Below are positions 36,346 to 48,414 of a stretch of DNA of 64,000 nucleotides, in pieces. The first letter of the stretch is position 1; the number at the start of each line of letters is the position of its first letter. The stretch lies in NCBI RefSeq assembly GCF_009914755.1, contig NC_060926.1, one strand, 5' to 3'. Source of the stretch: the human T2T-CHM13v2.0 reference genome, Homo sapiens. A model generated the notes under the pieces. The model saw only the letters and a program-made list of their open reading frames with translations, ran no database searches and was not told where the DNA came from. The position numbers were made by a program, and so were the translations under genes.

Positions 36346-37541
36346 TTACCTGCAACAATATGCCAATTCAACCACTTAATAGCTTTCAAAACTCTGACCA
36401 ATTATGTAATTTCGATGCTCTTAGCTTTTTTTCTTTTTAAAATTGTAGTAATGATAGCAACTATCTGGGGTGATGTGGGGGGAGTTGCATGGTGAAATTA
36501 ACTTATACATTTGAAACAATTAGAAAAGTCACTGGAACGTGATAAGTGCCCTATTAATATTTCATTGCTATTACCTGAAAATATTGAATTTGTTTACTTA
36601 TTTGTTTAATTTCTGTATACTTCACTAAAATATAGGTCAGTAGCTCAAATTATGATATTCCTCATTGTCCTCTATTGTCATATCTACTGCATAGCAAATT
36701 GGAGGTGCTCATTTAAGACTTAATGCCTGAATAAATTTGATCTCCCACTCATTCTTTTATTAGACACATGTTGAGTAAGTGTCCACTATGGGCAAGACGT
36801 TGTGCTAGCTTTTGGAACTACAAAGATAAATAAGTCTCCGTCTTTGAACTAGTGGGGCTAATTCTGTCTTGAAAAGACAACTAAGCAGAGATCTCATTGA
36901 GGTGCAATGTGGTAAGTGCTCTATTAGGAGAAATCTCTGGTAATTCCTGAAGTCTGGTGATATGGAACACCATTTGGAGAAATACTTGTGCTTTCTTTTA
37001 GATAATGCTTTACATTATAAGATCGACTCAACATTTTGGCTTCTGGAAGTTATCATGGATAGGTTAGAAAGAGATGTAGAATCTTGGTTATCTAGCTCTC
37101 CTGGATCTTATCAACTTTCTGCAATGAATGGAAGGTGAATTGGTGAATCCACAGGCATAAGACTATTCCACTGAATTTAATGAATTGGAAAAAATAGCCT
37201 GAAACAAAAGGAACTGCTATTTTGAGAGTGGCTGCATTGTCCTCCACAGCATAATGATCATGGAAGGTCAATACTTCAGGTTATGATGAAGGTACTTTTA
37301 GTTAAGCAGAGACAGAGCAATATCCTTGAGAGAGTTTTTCTTTAAAGATGAAACACCTTACTGAACTTCCACTGGAGGGACTTTGAAACATATTTTAAGT
37401 AAGAGGAAGAGGACAGCAATCATGGTGTGAAGAAACAAGCCAGAATTTTGAAAAAAAAAAAAAAAAGGAAGGATTGACTTCTAGCTGCTTGTTATATCAG
37501 GATTCTCCAGAGAGACAGACCTGATAAGATGATAGATAGAT

Positions 37542-37577
<36 letters not shown>

Positions 37578-38676
37578 CATACATAAAGGGGTGCTATAAC
37601 AGGAAAATTTCCTCATGTTATTATGGAGGCTGAGAAGTCTCACCACAGGCCATCTGCAAGCTGGAGACCCTAGGATGCCAGTTGTGTGGCTCATCCAAGT
37701 CTAGAAGCCTCAGAACCAGTCAAGTTGATGGTGTAATTATTGGTTTGATACTGAAAGCCCAAGAACCTGGAGAACCAAAGGGATTCTGGTGTTAAGTCTT
37801 GCAATCAAAAGGCCAGAAAACCTGAAGTTCTGATATCCAAGGACAGGAGAATAAGAATCTCCCAATTTCAAGATGGAGAGAGAGGGAAAAAAAATCACAT
37901 TTTCCCTGCTTTCTTCTTCCATTTGGGCCCACAGTGGATGGGATGGTGCCTGCCCACATTGAGGGCAGATCTTCCCCACTCACTCCACCAACTAACACAC
38001 CAATTTCCTCTAGACACACCTTTACAGACACACCCAGAAATATTGTTTTACCAAGTCTCTAAGTATTACTTAATTCAGTCAAGTTAACACCTAAAGTTAA
38101 TTAGAACAATTCCAACCCCTATCAAATGGGTACCCATATTCATTCCTCAGACCATGCTTAATCTCCAAGTAAAGACAATAGTAAGGTAAATAGTTTCACC
38201 TAACATGATAGAACCACCATATGAGCAGCCCAAAATGCACTAATCCCTTCTCAAGAAGAGGAGGTAAAGAAAGACCTTGGGTAATGTTTATTCTTCTCCT
38301 GAGATCGTATAACTTAAATACTATGATATAAGGTTAATAATAATAGTATATCTTATGTTAGATATTGAAGGAATAAGGGAGAAAGAAAAACAAAGATACA
38401 TGCTACACACATACACACACACCCACACACACACTCAATGTATTCTTAACAAAATAGGGAAGAAATGCTCATGACAATTGCAGTCCTTGTTTCCATAACT
38501 GGTTCACCTGGTTGTAATGTAAGGTATTTATAATTACCTTCTTCCACTACTTATTCTGTATTCTCTGTGTCTTCAGCAAGCACCTTAATTAGTTGTGATT
38601 ATTTACCTAGTGGGGTGACCAAAACCTTTGTTTCTGAAGGGTCTGGGTCATTCGTAGTCCTTCCTGGATTGGGTTG

Positions 38677-38946
38677 TTACAGTTTCCCATTGACCTTAAT
38701 CACAGAGTATGGTAAAACAAAAATATGACCTAAGGAATCTCCTGTATTCCAGACACACTCTTCCTTACCTCCATCGCGGAGTAGTAGTTCAATTTCTTCT
38801 TGGTAGTCTGAAACAATCACCCCAGCCAACACTGTTACTTCTTTCTTAACTTTTTGACTCAAAGGCACGAGGAACTCAAAGTGGCTGGGTGGCAGTCTTA
38901 ACTTCCAGTTCCATAAAATTATTGTTATGTCTTCTGGTGGCAGCAT
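38677..38946 (-). pseudogene. ERVL dUTPase remnant
   Basis: NWKLRLPPSHF...VTVLAGVIVSDYQEEIELLL resembles HERV-L dUTPase (AGVID.DY.GEI motif degenerate), located downstream of integrase. Confidence 0.85.
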
Positions 38947-39030
38947 TTCTCTCTCTGGAAGTAAGACATCTAATCTATAAAGTCGTGTAAAGTTGCAGGA
39001 ATAGGATACAAAAACTTTGCTAGTGGGTCA

Positions 39031-40779
39031 CTAGGGATAACGGTGAGTTCTGTCATGCCCATGTCTCCCTTTGATTCCTGGACCATAAATCTTGACTATG
39101 CCATACATTTGACACTGATTCAGAGTATATGCAGCCTTTTGGAGAACCTTGCCCCAACCCTGCAAAGTATTATCATTTGGCTGGTGCTGTAACTGCAACT
39201 TTAATAGGCCCTTCCACTGTTCTATCAAGCCCACTGCTTCAGACTGATGAGGGACATGGTAAGACCAGTGGATCTCAGGATAAGCATGGGTCCGTTGCCA
39301 CAAGTGTTTGGCTGTGAAGAGATTTCTTTGGTCATGGCAACACTGTGTGGAATACCATAATGGTAGATAAGGCATGCTGTAAGTTGATGAATGGTAGTTT
39401 TGGCAGAAGCATTTTGTGCAGGGAAGGCAAATCCATATCCAGAGTGTCTTTTTTCCAGTAAGGACAAAACACTACCCCATCCATGATGGGAAGTGGTCCA
39501 GTGTAATTAATCTGCTACCAGGTAGCTGCTAATCACCCCAGGGAATAATACCTCATGAGGGGCTCAGTGTTGGTCTCGGCTGCTGGCAGATTGGACATTC
39601 AGCAGTGCCTATAGCCAGGATGGCCTTGGTGAGTGAAAGTCCATGTTGCTGAGCCCAAGCATAACCTCCATTCCTACCACTATGGTTACTTTGTTCATGA
39701 GCCCACTGGGCAATAACAGAGGTGGTTGGGGAAAGAGGCTGACTGGTATTCACAAAACCACTTCCATTTGATGATGGAATGCTGCTGTGCGTTCCCAACT
39801 TTATAGCTTGTTGGGTAAGATGACACTAAGTTTATGATAGGCAGCTCAGGTTACATGATGAGTTGGTGGCCCATGATCAAGTGTTCAGTTTTTACTGAGG
39901 CCGAGGAGCAGGCCATGAGCTGTCCCTCAAAGGGAGAGTAATTATCTGTGGATAATGGCAGGGCCTTGCTCCAAAGTTCTAAGGGCGTCCCTTGAGATCA
40001 CCTATGGGGGCCTGCCAAAGCCTCCAAACAGCATCCCTATCTGCTACTGACACCTCAGCTACTATTGTATCTGCTCGATCATATAACCCAAGTGACAGAG
40101 CAGCCTGGGCCTGTTGTACATCCTTCTCTTGTTCTGGGCCTCACTCAAAACCAGCAACTTTCTAAGTCACTTGGTATGAGCCAGAGTAACACAGCCACAT
40201 AAGTAATGTATTGCCTCCAAAATCCAAGTAGGCCTACCAGGCATTATGCCTCCTTCTTGGCTCTAGGTGTGGCCAGATACAGCAATTTATCCTTCACCTT
40301 AGAAGGACATGTCCCATACTACTGGATCCCTAGAAACATCACTGAAGGAGAAGGCCCTTGAATTTTTGATTTATTTCTCACCCTCTGCCATGCAAATGTC
40401 TTATCAATAAGCCCAAAGTAATTACTACTTCATGCTCACTAGGTCCATTCAGCCTAATATCATCAGTGTAATGGACCAGTGTGATATTTCATGAAAGGAA
40501 AAGATGATCAAGATCCCTGTGAATTAAATTATGGCATAGGGCTTGAGAGTTGACATACCCCTTAAGAAGGACACTGAGGGTGTATAGCTGCCCTTGACAG
40601 CTGAAAGCAAACTGCTTCTGGTGGGCCTTAGAGACAGAGGTAGAGAAAAAGCCATTGGCCAGATCAACAGCTGCATACCAGGTACCAGAAAATGTGTTAA
40701 TTTGCTCAAGCAACAGAACCGCATCTGGTAAAACAGGTACAATTAGAGTCAGCACTTGGTTAAGCTTGTGATAAGCCAT
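39031..40779 (-). pseudogene. ERVL pol remnant (RT, integrase), disrupted
   Basis: YAAVDLANGFFS...QKQFAF...GYVNS (RT); WAHEQSNHSGR...ECPICQQ (IN HHCC); IHWSYHVPHQSEAVGLIEQWKGLLK (IN core). Confidence 0.88.
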
Positions 40780-41599
40780 TGTCGTTCTCTAAGACCTATC
40801 TGTCTTTTGCACAGACCAAATAAGAGAGGTTACTGGGAATGTAGTGTGAATTACCACCCCTGAATCTTTCAGTTTCCAACGGTGGCACTAAATCTATGTA
40901 ATCCCTCCAGAGATGCGGTATTGTTTTTGGTTTACTGTTTTTCTAGGTAGAGAAAGCTGTAATGGCTTCTGTTTGACTTTTCCCACCACTCCATAGGTTA
41001 GGGAACTAATGTGAGGATTCCACTAACTGCTTGGCGTGTCCATTCCAATTACGCATTTTAGAATTGGGGAAATGACCACAGGATGGTTTCAGGGAACCAC
41101 TGGACCCACTTGGAGTTGGGCCCAAGCTGAAACTCCATTGATCACCTGATCTCCATAAGCCCCTAATTTACCTGGAGGACCACAGTGATGTTTCTGATAT
41201 CTTAAAATCAATGTCAGTTCAGAACCAGTGTCCAGTAGTTTCCTAAAGTTCTGATTATTTCCTTTGTCTCAATGCACAATTATTCTAGTAAAAGGCCATA
41301 GGTCCCTTCGGAGAAGGATGGGAGAATCATTAACCATATAAATGTTCAGTAGTGTACAGGGGTCTTTGCTAGAGGGGACCCAGCCTCCTCTTCATTTAAA
41401 GGGTTTTGGGTCTGTAAACTGCCCCAAGACTGGAAATTTAGTGAAGGGCCATGATTCTCTGTTTTAGTGATTTGAGTTACACTTTTGTTCATTTGACCTG
41501 AAAGTTTTCTGCTTATACAGATTAAGTAAAAATTTAGTAGGTTTACTATCTACTTTACTTCTAGAAACACTGTGAATAACTAGCTAACACCATAGGTTT

Positions 41600-43200
41600 A
41601 CACAAGTCAGACTATTCTGATTGTTGCTTTGCCTCTGTTACCCATAAGAGTAACTTCACCCATCTTGCCTTTGATGATTGAGGGCCACCACTTATTCCTG
41701 CAGTCCTGAGATCTAATTATTTCCATAGCATCTATGTTTTTCAGTCATGTGACTGTGGCTTCCACTGTGAGGTCCAACCTCCAGAGAAGGACCATCATGG
41801 AGCCCTTCAGGAACGCTGGGGCTCCCCTCCCAAATTTATTCTCAAAGTATTGATGAAAAGTATGTCTTCTGGACCCTCCCAGTGTGGGTGAGTAGGTTTT
41901 AAGTGACAGATCCACTATAGCATTCCAATCTTCCTAAGCCTTTTAATGTTTTTGAATTCCTTCCTCTACATTAAACCAAGGGAGACCAGGCATCTCCAAC
42001 TTGCTCATGATGGGACACCTTTTGATTTATGTTTTAGCCAAACAACCAAACTATTAGCACTTTCCCTAACTCCCCAAGCTACCACATGAAATGCAGAATC
42101 TCTTCTTAGTGAGCCTATATTAATAAATTGGACCTAATCCAATTTTGTGTTCTTTTCACTATGACCTCACATCCTTAATACCTATTCCCACACATGTTCT
42201 TTGGATTTCTGATTGTATAAATTAGAAAACTCAAGTAGATCTTTTTTTAAAAAATTTATTATTATTATACTTTAAGTTTTAGGGTACATGTGCACAATGT
42301 GCAAAGTAGTTCTTTTGGAGTGTAGTGCACCTCCTCATGGGCCACCCTTTGTGCCTCACCTTTAGGAGCCTGCTGGGACTTGAGTCTAGTTATATGTCCA
42401 GAAGCAAAGAGGAATATTGTTGGTGGGTTCTGAGAAGAATCAGAATTGTCTTTGTAGGCAACTGTCTCACAGGAGCTCATTACCATTTCTTTAGGCAATG
42501 CAGGGTTTATCAGGCAGATGTATTAATATAAAGTATGGTACCGTTGTGGGAAGAGATACAGCTGCAGCCACTGGGGGTGAGGGTGGGAGGTCACTTTTTC
42601 TGGCAAACAAGACTCATAAGAATTTAGGGGCTTAATGTCACCAGCCTCATCAGGGCCTTTCTACATGTGTTCCCATCCAACTTACAGAATCCCATTTTTT
42701 CCCCCAATCAATACTGCCACTTTAACAGTAGACACCCTGCAAGGCTGACTTTAGCTTTCATTGTAATTCAGACAATCATATGATCAGTGCTTGTGTTTGA
42801 TTTTCAGCAATTTCAGCCCTGTGGATGCAGGAAGAAAGATTCTGACCAGGCACACTTAAAGAAGCCCTTAGGCTATTTATGCTTATTTGAATCCCTGAGC
42901 TAATTCTTTTTTTTCATAATTTTGTCCAGTGACATTAGAAGAAACCAACTGAAGTCATTATGTTTCTTTGTTTTCCACAAATGTTCGAAAGTGTCATATA
43001 CAAAGTCACCAGGTTCCTTTCTTCTTGTATGTGTTTAATTCAAAGTATCAAATATAAATATTCTGGGTATCTATAAAAATCCTATGCCATGGATTCTCAG
43101 TGCTCTCTGTACTATTAGAAGTAGAGCCCTGAGCATTTTTAGATCTAATCAGATTACAGAACGAGTTCCAGAAGCTCCAAAATCAGTTAATAAAACTCAT
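41600..43200 (-). pseudogene. ERVL gag remnant, disrupted
   Basis: ORF 42265-42498 (ITRLKSQQAPKGE...EEVHYTPKELL) resembles HERV-L/Fv1-related gag and lies just downstream of the 5' LTR. Confidence 0.75.
42246..42303 (-). mobile_element. ~58-bp L1PA 3'-terminal insertion in ERVL gag
   Basis: ttattattattatactttaagttttagggtacatgtgcacaatgtgca, flanked by TSD aagtag[a/t]tctttt. Confidence 0.92.
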
Positions 43201-43323
43201 CCTTAAAGTCTTCTTTCTCTAGAACCACTCTGGTAGCAAGATCTGTATCAGTCAGGTTTCTCCAGAGACAGAAACAATAGGATGGATGGAAGGATAGATG
43301 ATAGATAGATAGATGGATTATTT

Positions 43324-43372
<49 letters not shown>

Positions 43373-43879
43373 GTGTGAAAAGAGATTTATAAGGGAAATT
43401 TGCTCACACGATTATGGAGAGTGGGAAGGCCATGACAAGCTGTCTGTGAGCTGGAGACCCTGGGATACTGGTAGCATGGCTCAGTCCAAGTTCAAAAGCC
43501 CCAGAATCAGAGAAGCTGATGGTGTAATTCTCAGTCCAAGGCCAAAGGACTGACAACTGGTGTGCTGCTGTTGCAATTCTTGGAGAGCCTGAAGTTCTGA
43601 TATTTAAGAGTAGGATAATAAGACTGTCCCCATTTGAGGAGAGAGAGAAGAGAGAGAAAATTGCCTTTTCTCTGCCTTGTTGTTCTACCTGTGTCCTCGG
43701 CTGATTGGATGGTGCCTGTCCACGTTAATGTTGGATCTTCCCTACTCAGTCAAACTCATATGCCATTCTCCTCCGGAAACATCCTTACAGACACACCTAG
43801 AAATGATGCTTTACCATTTCTCTAGATATTTCTTAATTCAGTTAAGTTGACACCTAAAATTTACCATTACACTTCTCTA

Positions 43880-44045
43880 CTTCATAGCTCTGTGATCTTG
43901 GATAAGAGACTCAACCTGTCTGAGTATCTGTTTCCTTGTCTTTAAAATGGGGCTAATAATATCTACAAATTTGTCATAAGCATTGGAAACAATGTACATA
44001 AAATACTTGGTACATAGTAGACCTTCACAGTAATTATTATTCATT
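43880..44045 (+). mobile_element. MIR
   Basis: agctctgtgatcttggataag...tgtttccttgtctttaaaatgggg...ttggtacatagtag. Confidence 0.75.
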
Positions 44046-44572
44046 TTTATTATGAAATAAATAGGCATAAAAAGAATGTAAATTAATCTGTCTATTAATA
44101 TGCAAATTTGCTTTTATTCATGTGCGACTCTTTCTTTGCTGCTATTTTTTATTATTGCTGGTAATTAATGCCTCAAATGCTAGCAGCTTTTATGCCTTTA
44201 ACTATCAGAAGCTTAGCAGCTCTACCTTGTTTATATTCAGGTTAACTTATTGCTGCCTATGTGAAATTGTGTGAAGGGATTTCAGAAGTCATGGATAATT
44301 TTCATCAATTGCTGAATTCTATCCTGGAGGTTGAAATATTTTCACAAAGGCAATGACCTCCTCTTCCTACCCTGCCCCATTAAAGATAAGGCTTAGATAC
44401 TACATCTCTCTTGAAAATCTTTCTGCTCTTTCCTTCTCCACATTTGTCACTTTAACATCTCCCATGCATGCCCTCTAGACAAAATTCATCTTTCCTCTCT
44501 ATGTAGTTTGAACACATTGCTTACATTTACCATAAGTTGTGAAAACTAAAATATTGTTTTTTGTGATACATG

Positions 44573-44661
44573 GCACCTAGGAGTTTGAGGCTGCAGTGAG
44601 CTATGATCATGGCATTGAACTCCAGCCTGGGTGACAGAGTGACACCTAGTCTCAAAAAAAA
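44573..44661 (+). mobile_element. Alu monomer/AluJ 3' fragment
   Basis: ggagtttgaggctgcagtgagctatgatc...ccagcctgggtgacagagtgacacc...ctcaaaaaaaa. Confidence 0.85.
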
Positions 44662-45782
44662 TTACAATGTGAAAAAGTATGAAGTTGGTGAAGATGATGA
44701 ATTTCAAATTAGGCTGCAAGGTCCAACTTGACAAAACTCTGGGTTCATTGGGCAAAATCTATTTCAGAATGTTTTTCTATGGCTGATTTTGATATCTAGG
44801 GTTGGAAGAGAATGGAGAAATCATGAGGACATTTAGAATTATGAGGTTAGTGCCTGCTAAGAATGAAAGGGGGAAATTTATGCAGAGAAGGGAGATGGTC
44901 ATAAGACAATACAAACACCACCAGTGTCCAACTTTGATGAGTACTTTTCTTATTAAGCACATATTTACCGACTTTATTTTATAACATCATCAAATAATAT
45001 GATTTTCTATACTCTCACAAATCACTTATTGGGGAACATTTTATGCACTTGAAAATGTGATTTTAGATAGAAGAATCCCAATGCGCTTAAGACTCAAATG
45101 CAAGACAGCATGTAATCATGCCAATGAATTCATTTTGTAAATAGATGCTTATAGCAAATTATAAGTAATTATAAAGTAATTATGTAAATTATTAAGTGAC
45201 AATGAATTAGTATGGCACATATTTATAAGGAGGGAGTTATTGTTGAGCATTTTGCAATGCCAATGTTAATTAACAAAGGCTGTATTAGAGTTTGGGGGGA
45301 AAGCTTTACTAACCCAAGCCTGAGGATATCTGAAGTGAATGAGAAATGTTAATCTGCAAGCCATTTGTGTTAGATATATACTATTTTCCTGATGTATTAA
45401 CATTTTCTAAAAGATAAATTAGATTAGTTCAGCATAGCTTGTTCTTTGTCAGCTCACGCTGGTGCCTTATGATAATTGTTTTTCTTGGCAGAATCTGGCA
45501 GGGATTATCAGCTATCACGTTAAACCATCCCCCAACCCCTCAAGTGACCTTTTCCCAACTATGAAAACCAGAACAACAATTACTCATTTTTGGGCCATTG
45601 ACAGTTCTCATTATTTCATCATTTCTCAAGGTTCATTAATATTTGTGTCATGATCAGTTTTGCATGTTATTTTAATTTCCTGAGATAAAATTATTGTTGG
45701 CTTCCACACATATTCTTTTAAAGCAACAAGCTGCTTTCATCCCAGTTAAACTTGCCAAAACTTTCCCTACTAACCCAAAGTC

Positions 45783-45830
45783 CTTAATCTGACACCAAAC
45801 TCAGTGCACCAAGTTTGGTATCAGATTAAG
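45783..45830. repeat. 19-bp inverted repeat (1 mismatch), 10-nt loop
   Basis: cttaatctgacaccaaact-cagtgcacca-agtttggtatcagattaag. Confidence 0.92.
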
Positions 45831-46326
45831 ATAATTAAATCATTATCTTTAAGAGTGATTCCTAAATCTCAAGGGGTTCCTTCCAAAGGAGATGCATCAG
45901 AATCTACTGCACCATTGAGCCTTGTGTGATAAAGCCCTCCACAAGATTTAAGGAATCAGAAGTAAAGGCTTGGGAGGATGGGCATACAAATTAGGCCCTG
46001 CATAAGGAAAATGCATATAACCAGGAAACCTGTTTTAATTAAGCAGAAGTCTACATGCTAACAAAGAGAAGAAATTAAGGAACTCTAGCCAAAACCAGAT
46101 TTATCATAATTTTCATACATCCATTTTGTTTTCTCCCTTCTGTATCTGTGATTATGCAAAGCTTGCCTGATAAATGATAATTGGGATATAATCAACAGAT
46201 AAATAGGGGTTAGGAGTTAACCATGTAAGAAGTTAGAGAAGGCTGTTCAGGCAGGTAAAATTGCATATATGAATAATGTGAAACCTAGTGTGGGGATGTG
46301 ATTTTGCCTTGGAGACATTCAAAGGT

Positions 46327-46665
46327 TGTATTAGTCTGCTTAGGCTGCTATAACAAACTGTAAAAGACTTGATGGCTTAAACAACAGGAATTAATTTTTT
46401 TCACAGTTCTGTGGGCTGGAAGGCTGAGATCAGTAAGTCAGCGTGATCAGGTCCTGGTAAGGACACTATTCCTGGCTTGCAGATGGCTGTCTTCTTATAA
46501 TGTCTCTTCACATAAGGGCACTAACCCCATCATGAGGACCCCACCCTCCCGACTTTAACTAATCCTAATTACCTCCCAATGGCCCCATCTCCAAATATCA
46601 TCCCATTAAGGGTTAAGGCTTCAATGTATGAATTGTGGGAGGGGACAAACATTCACTCCATAACA
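46327..46665 (-). mobile_element. MLT1A-type solo LTR
   Basis: tgtattagtctgcttaggctgctataacaaa...cattcactccataaca; perfect 5-bp TSD aaggt. Confidence 0.9.
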
Positions 46666-47317
46666 AAGGTCAAGGAACCTGGAGAGCAAGAGAAGATGAA
46701 TATGAGATGAAGATGAAGAGCTGACTAAGGAGATATTTTTAGAAGCATGATAATGGCAGGTCATGGGGCTGGAAAGCGAGGATACTTCCAGTAAGTCAGG
46801 AGAGTAGTCAAGGAAGTGACGATGTCTTTGGGACACCCCAACTGTGGTGATCTTACAATCAACAAAATAAGCCTCAGCATTCACACTGTAGTTAAGCTCA
46901 TTCAAGCAAAGCTATCTCCAGTAGGGAATTTCCCCCATGAAGAGCATGAACATTTTGATTTTACCTGTTGTCAAGCTGATCCTCATTATTTGCTCATCTT
47001 AATGGTAAAAAACACAGCCTGGGTGGAGATTTAAGCTAATGAGACATGTGATATATGAACAAGCATGCACAACTACTGTACATGTCCACCCAGAGGACCA
47101 CCCAGAACACGCATACTAGCAACACCTCTTACCATGCCCTTATGAATAACCATGTAAGACTCCCATAAAGGAAGTCTCCCTAGTCTCATTCTTTGCCGTC
47201 TCAACCCTACTAGCACCCCGCCCTGAATCCTCTCACTCTCGGGGGTACTGTCTATTCTGCACCTAACTTTCAAAATATTGTTTCTCCTTTGCAATATGTA
47301 GTGACATATTTTTATTT

Positions 47318-47441
47318 AGCAGTTTTGAAACACTCTTTTTGTAGAATCCGCATGTGGATATTTGGACCGCTTTGAGGCCTTCGTTGGAAACGGGAATATC
47401 TTCACATAAACAGTAGACAGAAGCTTTCTCAGAAACTTCTT
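47318..47441 (+). repeat. Alpha-satellite (alphoid) fragment, B-type monomer, 124 bp
   Basis: agcagttttgaaacactctttttgtagaatccgcatgtggatatttggaccgctttgaggccttcgttggaaacgggaatatcttcacataaacagtagacagaagctttctcagaaacttctt follows the 171-bp alphoid consensus closely. Confidence 0.97.
47379..47395 (+). promoter_or_regulatory. Canonical CENP-B box
   Basis: CTTCGTTGGAAACGGGA, an exact 17-bp match with both CpGs intact. Confidence 0.96.
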
Positions 47442-48039
47442 CACTCTGTGATGCATCTCCTTTGCTCTATGCGTCTCGTTTAAATTATTTTAAACTGTGA
47501 AGACAAGAACCGAGGTCTCACAACAGCTGTCAACACTCAGTGGTGAAGAGCTGTGTGTTAAATGCCACGGGACTTAGATCATGTGCAAAAGATTTTATAA
47601 GCATTAAACTCCCAAGCAGAGTACTCTTATTTCAGAAAAATCACCCTGGGGGTAGCATAAAGACTGGGTAAGAAAGAAAGAATCTGTAGGTGGGAGGACA
47701 CCTAGGGCGGGGATGTTCATTATAGGACACTTGTAGTAGTCCAGAAGAAAGATGGCAGGAGCCTGAACCATGACAGTGAGTGAGATGAGGGAGCTAAGGG
47801 AAGTTCTGGGTATTCAAAGGAAATAGTTGCAGTTCTAAGCCTAAAAAACAGAGGATAGGTCACAGAAATAAATAATAGGGGCATATTGTTTCCCTAAATC
47901 TCTTCTGTGAGTTGTGCAATATTTTAATTTTACCACCCAAATTTCTATGTCCATGCATAATGGAATTCACTGAGGCAGTAGTGGCCGTCAATCATTGCTC
48001 CAGTGCAGAAGTTCAGCTCGTGCTGGGGTTATTTTCATG

Positions 48040-48414
48040 ACGTTTTTGTTCATTTTCAGTTGCTATAACAGAATACCAGAGACTGGGTAATTTAGAAAGA
48101 AAAGAGGCTTATTTGGCTCACATTTCAGCAGGCTGGGAAGTCCAAGACTGAGGGGCTGCACCTGGTGAGGGCCTTCTTGCTGTGTCATGACATAGTGGGA
48201 GGACATCACATGGCAAGAGGCAAGGAGTGTATCAGCTGAAGTCTCTCTTTCACTTCTTATAAAGCCACCAGTTCCACTGTGGGGGCCCAACCCTGATGAC
48301 CTTATCTAATTCTAATTACCTCCGAAAGGCCCTACCTCCAAATGCCATCAACATATGCATTTGGAAATTAAGTTTTCACCAAGTAAAATTTGGGGGATAC
48401 ATTCAAACCATAGC
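48040..48414 (-). mobile_element. MST(C/D-like) solo LTR
   Basis: tgctataacagaataccagagactgggtaattt...ggctgggaagtccaag...cattcaaaccatagc. Confidence 0.85.

Larger units (their letters stand above)
37493..43871 (-). mobile_element. ERVL provirus with MLT2B-type LTRs (3' LTR ~37493-38108, internal 38109-43243, 5' LTR 43244-43871)
   Basis: Two related LTRs (ttctccagaga...aagtt[a/g]acacctaaa...ca), each with (GATA)n. The internal region begins gatcttgctaccagagtggttctagaga (reverse complement). gag/pol/dUTPase remnants are present. Possible TSD cttgt/cttct. Confidence 0.93.
46843..47535 (+). mobile_element. Solo ERV LTR (LTR47-like), interrupted by alpha satellite
   Basis: tgtgg...gggtggagatttaag...cccagaggaccacccagaac...ctattctgcacctaactttcaaaatatt...gaagacaagaaccgagg...ca; subfamily and right end from memory. 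Confidence 0.7.

Noticed and set aside
34068-36401. Long ORFs of up to 435 aa rich in Y/I/M/H/C
   Set aside because: They are translations of the 30-bp minisatellite and AT tract, open in several frames on both strands because the unit length is a multiple of 3.
47318-47441. Functional centromere or neocentromere
   Set aside because: It is less than one monomer with a single CENP-B box. De novo centromere formation needs long arrays, and sequence alone cannot show CENP-A chromatin.
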